64,000 bases of DNA from a virus: positions 1 through 64,000 of IMG/VR virus record IMGVR_UViG_3300049139_000233. One strand, written 5' to 3'. Each line of letters opens with the position of its first letter. Within the stretch, counting starts at the first letter, position 1. Both the position numbers and the translations under genes were made by a program. The notes beneath the pieces are model-generated. The model searched no databases and was not told the DNA's origin. It was given only the letters and a program-made list of their open reading frames with translations. Below are positions 7,506 to 14,504 of this stretch, in pieces.

Positions 7506-7817
7506 CCGGTTATCAATCATGGCCAGAACCGAGCGTTAAGTGATCGTCATGAACGGCCCTGTTCCGGACACCCGGGGCAGGGCCGTCGTCGTCACCTGCT
7601 CAACTTCCCTACAACGTGCGCAAGTTGGTATCCGGTAGATCTCGATTGTGTGCAATCCGTGAAGCCGATTGCCTCTGAGCTGCGGTAACTCACAATCGGA
7701 AACATGCCTATCACTTAATGTGAGGGCGGTCGCTACTCGCGTGTGTGCCGTTCCAAACTCGTGTTCACACGGCAATAGTTCAGTCTGAAAGTGTCACTGC
7801 GTCCGAGGAGATATTTG
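7506..7817. other. ~310-bp low-G+C non-coding island with nested inverted repeats, upstream of whiB
   Basis: Visibly AT-richer than its flanks. ttaagtgat (7536..7544) pairs with atcacttaa (7710..7718), and cgattgtg (7643..7650) with cacaatcg (7691..7698). Confidence 0.5.
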
Positions 7818-8219
7818 GTGATACAGGGACTCGTGGGCGGCTATGCCGCATCAGAGGTGCGATGGCAGGACGACGCCCTGTGCAACGGGGCCCCGCTGGA
7901 GCTGTTCGTCCCCGACAAGGAAGACGATGACGGCCTGAAGCGAGCCAAGATCTACTGCGACCCGTGCCCGGTCCGGGCAATCTGTCTGCGCTACGCATTG
8001 ACCTACGGTCAGCGGGGGTACTGGGGTGGCACGGACACGGCCGAGCGCAGACGGCTGAAGGCGAAGAAGGACCGGGCCAAGTGCCCGTCGTGCGAGTCCC
8101 GTCGAGTGGTCGACATGGAGGAGAGCGACGACGCGCTGTGCCTGGCCTGCGGACTGTCGTGGCTGACCAGCTCGGCCGCGCAGCCCCGGACCCGCACCAC
8201 GGTGCGTCCGGCGGCCTGA
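7818..8219 (+). CDS. whiB: WhiB-family Fe-S transcription factor with a C-terminal C4 zinc-ribbon extension (track start 7791)
   Basis: C-x21-CDPCPVRAIC followed by GYWGGT, then CPSC-x14-CLAC. GTG at 7818 lies 7 nt after GAGGAG. Confidence 0.85.
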   Translation: MIQGLVGGYAASEVRWQDDALCNGAPLELFVPDKEDDDGLKRAKIYCDPCPVRAICLRYALTYGQRGYWGGTDTAERRRLKAKKDRAKCPSCESRRVVDMEESDDALCLACGLSWLTSSAAQPRTRTTVRPAA

Positions 8220-8254
8220 CGGCCCTCCCCGGTGCCAGCGGGGAGGGCCGTCAG
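8216..8254. terminator. 15-bp-stem bidirectional hairpin
   Basis: Stem ctgacggccctcccc / ggggagggccgtcag overlapping the whiB stop. Convergent with the - strand block. Confidence 0.65.
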
Positions 8255-8341
8255 TAGGGACAACGTAATGGCCGGGCGGTTCACTCAGTGAGTGGCCGCC
8301 CGGTCTTCTTGGTGCACATTTGCCTCTCAAACAGGATTTCC

Positions 8342-9430
8342 TTACGCGGCGCGCACCTCCGGAGCGTCCTGCACGCCGCGCGCCCGCTCCCACGCCTCCC
8401 ACCACCGCCACGCGTTGGCGGACAGCCGCAGGCCCTCGGCCACCTCCCGGCCGGCCGCCGCCCGCTCCTCGCGCAGTGCCGGGCTCTCCACCAGCCGCCG
8501 CAGCTCCCGGTACCAGCGGCGCGGTGTGTCGGCGAGGGCGCCGGCGCCGCGTTCGTGCAGCCGGACGTACTCCGCCCGGGGCGAGGCCACCCACGGGATC
8601 CCCAGCGCGCTCATCTCCAGCGGCTTGAGCCACGACTTCGCGGCGTTGAACACCGTGTCCGCGAGCGGGGCGACGCCGACCCCGACGTCCCCCGCCACGG
8701 CGGCCGGCCAGTCCGCCGGGCTCACCCCGGTACGCCCCGGCGGATCCTGGGGCAGGCCGAACGCCGCTCCGACGCCGACCGGGTCGCCGACGACGCGGAA
8801 GGACGCGCCCTCGCCCACCAGCCGCGCGACGGCTCCGCCGAGGGCGGAGGGGTCGTCCGGGTGCGAGGCGAGGGACGCCGGCCAGCCGATGGTGCCCTGG
8901 TCCACGCGGGGCACGCCGTAGTAGCTGTCCGGCAGGTGGTTGTAGATCACGTGGCCCCGGCCGTGCCGGGCGTAGCGCTCCAGCAGCGCGGGTGTGGACA
9001 CGGTCACCAGCGTGGCGTCGCGGCACGCGGCGGCGAGGTGCCGCCAGGAGTGCCGGTGGATTTGCCGGGTGCGCGGGTCGTACCGGCCGGCGAAGCGCGG
9101 GTGCATCGACTCGTACGCCGGATTGCGCGGATGGACGGTGGACAGGTCGTCGTCCACGTCGACCACGACGGCGATGCCCTTCGCGCGCAGCAGCGGCACG
9201 GCCTCGGCCATCCACTGGTGCGTCAGCCGCTGGAAGACCAGGACGTCCACGTCGCCGACGTCCAGGACGTCCTCCACGTGGTCGCCGGCGCCGATGCGCA
9301 GCTTCAGCCCCCGGTCGGCGGGCGGGCGGATCTCCACGTCATGGCCGGCTGCCGCCAGCAGCTCGGCCGGCCAGATGAGGCGGAAGTGCCCGCAGCCGCC
9401 CGTGTCCGCCGGGTATACGACGACTCGCAT
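8342..9430 (-). CDS. GT-B-type glycosyltransferase (putative)
   Basis: Track ORF of 362 aa. N-terminal MRVVVYPADTGGCGHFR and the overall pattern resemble GT1/GT4-like enzymes. By-eye call only. Confidence 0.7.
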   Translation of the reverse strand: MRVVVYPADTGGCGHFRLIWPAELLAAAGHDVEIRPPADRGLKLRIGAGDHVEDVLDVGDVDVLVFQRLTHQWMAEAVPLLRAKGIAVVVDVDDDLSTVHPRNPAYESMHPRFAGRYDPRTRQIHRHSWRHLAAACRDATLVTVSTPALLERYARHGRGHVIYNHLPDSYYGVPRVDQGTIGWPASLASHPDDPSALGGAVARLVGEGASFRVVGDPVGVGAAFGLPQDPPGRTGVSPADWPAAVAGDVGVGVAPLADTVFNAAKSWLKPLEMSALGIPWVASPRAEYVRLHERGAGALADTPRRWYRELRRLVESPALREERAAAGREVAEGLRLSANAWRWWEAWERARGVQDAPEVRAA

Positions 9431-9466
9431 TCCTCGGTCTCCGTTCCCTGGTCCTCGCCGGGCGCG

Positions 9467-9691
9467 TCAGGCGCCCGGGGTCTCCTCGCCGGCCTTGCTG
9501 CCGGGCGCCGTCCGGGACTTGGCTGTGCGGCCCCTGGAAGGCCTCTCCTCCTTCGCGGCGTCCGTGGTACCGCCGCTGTCCTCGACGGCCCGCAGACGGG
9601 CGTCCATGGCCTCCAGGCGCTCCTCCAGCGACGCCGTGGCCCGCGCCACCGCGTCATCGATGACGGACCGCATCCGCGCTTCCTGCGACAT
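9467..9691 (-). CDS. hypothetical coiled-coil protein (74 aa)
   Basis: Internal ATG of track ORF 9467..10345, preceded by ggaaggag. Starts 2 nt after the endolysin stop. Confidence 0.7.
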   Translation of the reverse strand: MSQEARMRSVIDDAVARATASLEERLEAMDARLRAVEDSGGTTDAAKEERPSRGRTAKSRTAPGSKAGEETPGA

Positions 9692-9693
9692 GC

Positions 9694-10797
9694 TCAGGAC
9701 TCCTTCCAGACCAGCACGGTCAGCACCACGCTGGTGACGGTGACCGGCTGGGCGGCCGTGTTGAGCAGCCGTATCCGCATGTGCCGGCCGGGGCCTATCC
9801 GCTTGGTGAGCGGGATGACGGCGAACGTGCCGCCCTCGGTGCCGTGGATCTCGTGGACCGGGTGGTCCTGCGCGAAGGTGTCGCCGTCGTACTCCGACAT
9901 GCGGACCTGGACGACCTCGCCGGCCGGCAGGCCGGACAGGGCGACGCTGACGGTGCCGGTGAACCGGGCCGGGCCGCGTGCCCACACGGTGCCGCCGGTG
10001 GCGTGCTGACCGGGCTCGTCGGTCCACTCCCGGGTGAACTCCACCGAGTCCCAGGTGCCGGGCCGCAGGGTGTAGTCCTCGGTCACGCCGAGGTTCACGT
10101 ATTCGGGCATGCCGTCCTCCGATCCGGTCGTGCTGCCGGGGCTCCAGTCGGGGCCGTGCTCCAGGCGTTCGGCGACGTCGGCGCGGAACCGTTCGGGCGT
10201 GAACTCGAACCGGCCCCGGGAGCCGTAGCCCTCCACCGGGCCGCGCGGATCGATCTTGCCTTCCACCGACGTCTCCTTGTGGCAGGCGACCGACTCCGCC
10301 GACCAGCCATGGTGTCGGCAGACAGCGGTGACGATGCGCACCCACGCGTCATACTGCGCGCGCGGGTAGACATCCGTGCCGTTGCCCAGGTTCTCCGTCT
10401 CCACGCCGTACGCGACGTCGTTGCCGTCGATGGTCCCGGTGGCCCGGTTCGGCGCCGGGTGCGTCGCGTGCTCGTCGCGGAAACTCTGGTAGGCGTTGAC
10501 CGCCATCGGTCCGGCGTGGTTCGCGCGGCCGGCCGAACACATCGTCGCCACCCCGCTCTTCGCGAGGTGGATGTGCGCGAGCGGCGCCGGAAGGCCGGGC
10601 ACGCCGCGCTCCGCCACCAGGGCCCGGCTGTCGCGCCCGGCCGTGTGGTGGTTGAGGATGAGGCGAACCGGGCCGAACGGCAGGCCGGTCTCGTCGTCGC
10701 GCTCCCTGGTGCGCCACCCGGGATACTCCTCGACGCGGACGCCCTCGGCGCGCAGGATCCGCAGCCACTGATCGGGGGTCAGGGGTGCCGCCATCAC
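9694..10797 (-). CDS. endolysin: N-acetylmuramoyl-L-alanine amidase (PGRP/Amidase_2-like) plus an uncharacterised C-terminal domain
   Basis: ILNHHTAG ... GVETEN ... VACHKETS...KIDP pattern. Sits in the lysis cassette next to holin-like genes. Confidence 0.85.
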   Translation of the reverse strand: MMAAPLTPDQWLRILRAEGVRVEEYPGWRTRERDDETGLPFGPVRLILNHHTAGRDSRALVAERGVPGLPAPLAHIHLAKSGVATMCSAGRANHAGPMAVNAYQSFRDEHATHPAPNRATGTIDGNDVAYGVETENLGNGTDVYPRAQYDAWVRIVTAVCRHHGWSAESVACHKETSVEGKIDPRGPVEGYGSRGRFEFTPERFRADVAERLEHGPDWSPGSTTGSEDGMPEYVNLGVTEDYTLRPGTWDSVEFTREWTDEPGQHATGGTVWARGPARFTGTVSVALSGLPAGEVVQVRMSEYDGDTFAQDHPVHEIHGTEGGTFAVIPLTKRIGPGRHMRIRLLNTAAQPVTVTSVVLTVLVWKES

Positions 10798-11096
10798 GCA
10801 CGCTCCGGAAAGTGCCAGGTGCCGCCTTCGCGCCCGATCTCGGACTGCATGACGCCACGGTTGAAGAACACGCCCGTCGGGTTGAGTACGGCCAGGCCGA
10901 CGGGCACCGAGATGTTGTGCCGCGCATCCTCGGGCACGTCCGGCGGGTACTCACCAACCTCCGTGATGATCGCCGCGCGGCACTGTGATGGGTACGCCTG
11001 GCTGCCGTCCTCGCGGACCGGTGTGCCAAGGCTGACGTAGTGGACGACCTGCCCGACGGACGGGCGGGGTGTGTCAGGTGTCTTCTGGTGCGCCAC
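10794..11096 (-). CDS. hypothetical protein (100 aa)
   Basis: Track ORF with a 4-nt overlap onto the endolysin start. Confidence 0.7.
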   Translation of the reverse strand: MAHQKTPDTPRPSVGQVVHYVSLGTPVREDGSQAYPSQCRAAIITEVGEYPPDVPEDARHNISVPVGLAVLNPTGVFFNRGVMQSEIGREGGTWHFPERA

Positions 11097-11394
11097 GGCG
11101 CGCTCCCTTGATCTGCGTGTGGCCGACGAGCCACGCCTGGTAGGTCATCAGGACCCCGAACAGGGCGGCCAGGATCCCGCGCAGGAAGCGCAGGAACTCC
11201 GCGTCGGGGCGGTAGACGGTGAGGCAGATGGAGATGGCCATGAACGCGGCGATGGCGAGCGCCTTGATGACGAGGAGCCGGCCGACGCGGTCACGCCACC
11301 ACCGGGCGAACAGGCTGTAGACGGCGACGAACACCAGGCACCCGACGAGCGCCAGCGCACTGCCCCATACGTTCACGGCCTCCCCGCCCGTCAT
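11074..11394 (-). CDS. holin-like membrane protein (about 3 TM segments)
   Basis: Hydrophobic stretches WGSALALVGCLVFVAVYSLF, LLVIKALAIAAFMAISICL and ILAALFGVLMTY. Charged C-terminus. Confidence 0.75.
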   Translation of the reverse strand: MTGGEAVNVWGSALALVGCLVFVAVYSLFARWWRDRVGRLLVIKALAIAAFMAISICLTVYRPDAEFLRFLRGILAALFGVLMTYQAWLVGHTQIKGARRGAPEDT

Positions 11395-11621
11395 CGGAAC
11401 TTGCCCCCCAGCGCATCACGGACCAGTGGGGCGAAATGGTTTCTCTCGCCCAGCCTGCGCAGGGTACGGGAAATCTCTCGAATCTCCGACGTACGTTCGC
11501 GTGCTGCGGCTATCTCCCGCTCCAGGCATTCGAGAGCGTCCTGAGCTGCCTGCACGTCGTCGTCCGGCGGCGCCTGTTCGCACTCACTCTTCCGACGTCT
11601 GCGCCAGAGCACGGCCGCCAC
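11391..11621 (-). CDS. hypothetical protein (76 aa; start uncertain)
   Basis: Track ORF that overlaps the upstream gene by 38 nt. Helical, charged sequence. Confidence 0.5.
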   Translation of the reverse strand: MAAVLWRRRRKSECEQAPPDDDVQAAQDALECLEREIAAARERTSEIREISRTLRRLGERNHFAPLVRDALGGKFR

Positions 11622-11904
11622 CTCCCCGGTTGAGCCGGGCCGCCTCGGAGACGGCGTCCAGTACCCGCTCGGTCGTCCGCGCGGTACCCATCAGCAGGTC
11701 GAGCTGCGACTGCTGAAGGTCGATCATCTCCTGGCGCCCCTCCGCGAGGGTCCGCCAGACATCGATCTGCTTGTCCTTGTCCTGGACCACGAGGTCCACG
11801 GTGCTGCGCGGAACCAGCAGGCCCCGCAGCACCATGAGGACGACGAGCAGAACGACGCCGCCGGCGCCGAGCGTGGGGGTGAGAAACGCGGTGAGCCCGT
11901 CCAT
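11584..11904 (-). CDS. membrane-anchored coiled-coil protein (lysis-associated, putative)
   Basis: N-terminal TM GAGGVVLLVVLMVLRGLLV followed by a coiled coil. First gene after the fibre genes. Confidence 0.7.
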   Translation of the reverse strand: MDGLTAFLTPTLGAGGVVLLVVLMVLRGLLVPRSTVDLVVQDKDKQIDVWRTLAEGRQEMIDLQQSQLDLLMGTARTTERVLDAVSEAARLNRGGGGRALAQTSEE

Positions 11905-11917
11905 GCCGTCCGCCGCC

Positions 11918-12481
11918 TTACAGGGGGAGTACCCACAGGCGCCGGTCGGCAGCCTGCCCGGTGCCCGATGAGACGTTGTACTGAAGGGTGAAGGTGTTGA
12001 GCCCCGGCGTCAGGCCGACAGCGAGGTCGGTGACGCCGCCGCGCAGGTTCAGCCCGGTGCTGCCGGCCGCGCCGGAGTTGGACACCGAGTAGCCGAGCGA
12101 GCGGGTGGTGGAGGCCGTGCGAGTGGTCGCGCCCGAGATGGCGTAGCTCATCTCCACGCGGGCGGTCGTGGACTCGATGCGCAGCAGCGCGCGGTAGCCG
12201 ACGAGGGCCGAGACGCCGGTGTTCACGGTGACCGACGGCCCGGGGCTGCCGGTGGCCGGGTTGCCGAACGCGGTCGTCGTGATGTCGACGGTCGCGGTGT
12301 CGAACGCCTCGGCGGGGGTGCGTTCGGCGATCTGGTTCGTCGCCGACACGGCGAAGATGGAGCCGGGGGTGGTGGCCTTCGCCGGGGCGGTCTCGTTGAG
12401 GTTGTCGCGGACGTAGGTGTTGAACTGGCTCGCCTGGAAGATGCTGCCCGCCACGGCGGTGAAGGGTGCCGTCCATGCCAT
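11918..12481 (-). CDS. tail fibre / receptor-binding paralog C (187 aa)
   Basis: Internal ATG of track ORF 11918..13528. Starts MAWTAPFTAVAG and ends RRLWVLPL, like the two paralogs upstream. Confidence 0.8.
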   Translation of the reverse strand: MAWTAPFTAVAGSIFQASQFNTYVRDNLNETAPAKATTPGSIFAVSATNQIAERTPAEAFDTATVDITTTAFGNPATGSPGPSVTVNTGVSALVGYRALLRIESTTARVEMSYAISGATTRTASTTRSLGYSVSNSGAAGSTGLNLRGGVTDLAVGLTPGLNTFTLQYNVSSGTGQAADRRLWVLPL

Positions 12482-12498
12482 CGGCGGACGCTCCTTTC

Positions 12499-13050
12499 CT
12501 ACAGCGGCAGGACCCAGATGCGACGGTCCAAGACCGTCCCGGTCCCGCTGCTGACGTTGTATTTGAGGGTGAAGACGTTCAGGCCGGGCGTCAGGCCGGT
12601 GGCGAGGTCGGTGACGCCGACGCGGCAGGTCATGCCGCTTGCGGAGTTGGACAGGGAGTAGCCGAGGGAGGCGTTCGTGGTCGCCTCGCGTTCGGTGGCC
12701 CCGGAGATGGCGTAGGCGGCCTCGACGCGGGCCGTGGCCGAGGGGACGCGGACCGCGACGCGGTAGCCGACGATCGCGCTCACGCCGGTCTGCATCGGGG
12801 CGGACGGTCCGGCGGGGCCGGTGGACGGGTCGCCGAACGAGGTCGTCGTGACCTCGGCCGAGGTGTTGTCGGAGTAGGCGTCCGGCGTGCGCTGCGCGAC
12901 CTCGTTGAAGCCCGAGGTCGCGAAGATGCTGCTGACGAGGGACGCCTTGGCAGGCATCGTCTCGCGCAGGTTGTCGCGGATGAAGGTGTTCACCTGGGCG
13001 GCGGTGAGGATGCTGCCCGCCACGGCGGTCATGGGTGCGGTCCACGCCAC
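12499..13050 (-). CDS. tail fibre / receptor-binding paralog B (183 aa)
   Basis: Track ORF. MAWTAPMTAVAG ... RRIWVLPL. Confidence 0.85.
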   Translation of the reverse strand: MAWTAPMTAVAGSILTAAQVNTFIRDNLRETMPAKASLVSSIFATSGFNEVAQRTPDAYSDNTSAEVTTTSFGDPSTGPAGPSAPMQTGVSAIVGYRVAVRVPSATARVEAAYAISGATEREATTNASLGYSLSNSASGMTCRVGVTDLATGLTPGLNVFTLKYNVSSGTGTVLDRRIWVLPL

Positions 13051-13053
13051 GGC

Positions 13054-13350
13054 TCACGCCCCCAGGTCCGGCGGGGCGGGGTTCAGGTTGTCCTCGGTCA
13101 CCACGGGCGCGGAGGCGGGGAGCTGCGGGTAGTCCGCGCTCCGGATGCCGGTGAAGACCGTGTTCATCTCCGCGTCGGTGGCCAGGCCCTTGGTGAACAG
13201 GATGCGCAGGACACCCCCGATCAGCACGCACACGGTGGTGAGCACGGCGCGCATCGGCAGGTCCGCCTGGCGGACGTCGTAGCCGAGTTTCAGGCTGACG
13301 TCGTGTGCGGTGGCGCGCAGGGTGGTCGCGTAGGTCTTGACGGTCGCCAC
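13054..13350 (-). CDS. hypothetical protein between fibre paralogs (98 aa)
   Basis: Track ORF with a hydrophobic core AVLTTVCVLIGGVLRILF. Confidence 0.7.
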   Translation of the reverse strand: MATVKTYATTLRATAHDVSLKLGYDVRQADLPMRAVLTTVCVLIGGVLRILFTKGLATDAEMNTVFTGIRSADYPQLPASAPVVTEDNLNPAPPDLGA

Positions 13351-13359
13351 GGGCGCTCC

Positions 13360-13899
13360 TCACAGGGGGATGACGGATATCTCGCGGTTGCGGAAGGTGG
13401 CCGTGTTGGAGCCGACCCGGTACTGCATGGCGAAGGTGTTGACCCCGGGGGTCAGGCCGGTGAAGACGTGCGTCATGCCGTAGCGGACGGAGTTGTTGGC
13501 GGTGATGCCGTCGGCCTGGATGCTCCACGCGTCGCTGGCGGCGACGGTGCTGGCTCCGGTGACGCGGACGGACGACCAGCTCGCCGAGTCCGAGACGTTG
13601 TTGGCCACCTGCGCGGCGAAGAACACGATCGCGATGGTGCCGGTGGTCACGCTGACGGACGGGCCCGGGGTGGCCAGGTCGGTGTACGCGGAGGACGCGG
13701 TGGTCTCCGGGGTGGGGACGAACGCCTGCGACGGCACGCGGGTGGCGATGGCGTTGGGCCCGGTGGAGACGAAGAGCTGGGACGGCGCGGTCGCTTTGGC
13801 GGGTGCGGTCTCGTTGAGGTTGTCGCGGACGTGCGTGTTGAAGGCGGCGGCGGTGAAGGTCGCGCCGGCGACGGCGGTCATGGGTGCTGTCCAGGCCAT
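13360..13899 (-). CDS. tail fibre / receptor-binding paralog A (179 aa)
   Basis: Track ORF. MAWTAPMTAVAG ... REISVIPL. Confidence 0.85.
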   Translation of the reverse strand: MAWTAPMTAVAGATFTAAAFNTHVRDNLNETAPAKATAPSQLFVSTGPNAIATRVPSQAFVPTPETTASSAYTDLATPGPSVSVTTGTIAIVFFAAQVANNVSDSASWSSVRVTGASTVAASDAWSIQADGITANNSVRYGMTHVFTGLTPGVNTFAMQYRVGSNTATFRNREISVIPL

Positions 13900-13945
13900 C
13901 GTTCAGGCCACCTCCCGGACGCGGTTATCGAAACGGATTCGTTTC

Positions 13946-14030
13946 TGTACCCCGTGTACCCTCACGTCCGTATGACCCTTATACGAGGCCAGATTTTTGG
14001 TTATACCTCGAAGGCGGTACAGGCGGTACA
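13946..14030. repeat. 85-bp iteron element, copy A: TGTACC-n3-TGTACC / 55 nt / GGTACA-n3-GGTACA
   Basis: Same length and architecture as 60037..60121, with shared internal blocks tccgtatgaccct and gttatacc-cgaaggcggtaca. Lies in a 226-bp AT-richer non-coding gap. Confidence 0.7.
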
Positions 14031-14125
14031 CATCTACTCCCGGCTTGCTCACCTGGGGATTTTCACGCTTAACCCTTATAGGGCCTAACGTTCCCGGGCC
14101 CTGCGCGCGGCCCCGGAACGCTCCG

Positions 14126-14491
14126 TCAGCGCACCCCGTGCTCCGCGCTCTCGTCCTCCAGATCCCGCACACTCTGCCCGTGCGGCAGGCCGAAACGGAT
14201 CGCCACCGGATGGTCCGCCGGGTACCAGTTCCGCGTGTCCGGCACCGGCCGCCGGGACAGTACGGCCAGGATCGCGTGCGGGTCGTCGGGCCACGCCACC
14301 GGCGCCTGCATGCCGCAGTGCGAGCAGGCGTAGAAGTCGACCGGCACGTCCCTCGGCCCGCCGATGCGGCTCGGCCGGTACAGGAACTCGACGTTGCCGC
14401 ACTGGCCGCCGGGACGCGGGCAGTCGGCCACCCAGTCCCCTGCGTACACGTACGCCCTCGCCACCGGGGTCCGCTCGTGCGGTACCTCCAT
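14126..14491 (-). CDS. hypothetical Cys-containing tail-module protein (121 aa)
   Basis: Track ORF. CPRPGGQCGN ... CSHCG. Confidence 0.75.
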   Translation of the reverse strand: MEVPHERTPVARAYVYAGDWVADCPRPGGQCGNVEFLYRPSRIGGPRDVPVDFYACSHCGMQAPVAWPDDPHAILAVLSRRPVPDTRNWYPADHPVAIRFGLPHGQSVRDLEDESAEHGVR

Positions 14492-14504
14492 GCCACCTCA
14501 CCTC

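Noticed and set aside
5601-7520. 639-aa minus-strand ORF, and similar long ORFs such as 7851..9215 (-), 8288..10009 (+), 17459..20647 (+), 27570..30581 (+), 35058..36464 (-), 60289..62574 (+)
   Set aside because: They are extremely Arg/Pro/Gly/Ala-rich and antisense or out of frame to ORFs with normal composition and recognisable domains. These are classic shadow ORFs of very high-G+C DNA.
7536-7775. 79-aa minus-strand ORF inside the low-G+C gap upstream of whiB
   Set aside because: It has atypical codon composition, no RBS or leader, and opposite orientation to its neighbours. I treat the region as non-coding or RNA, though translation is not excluded.
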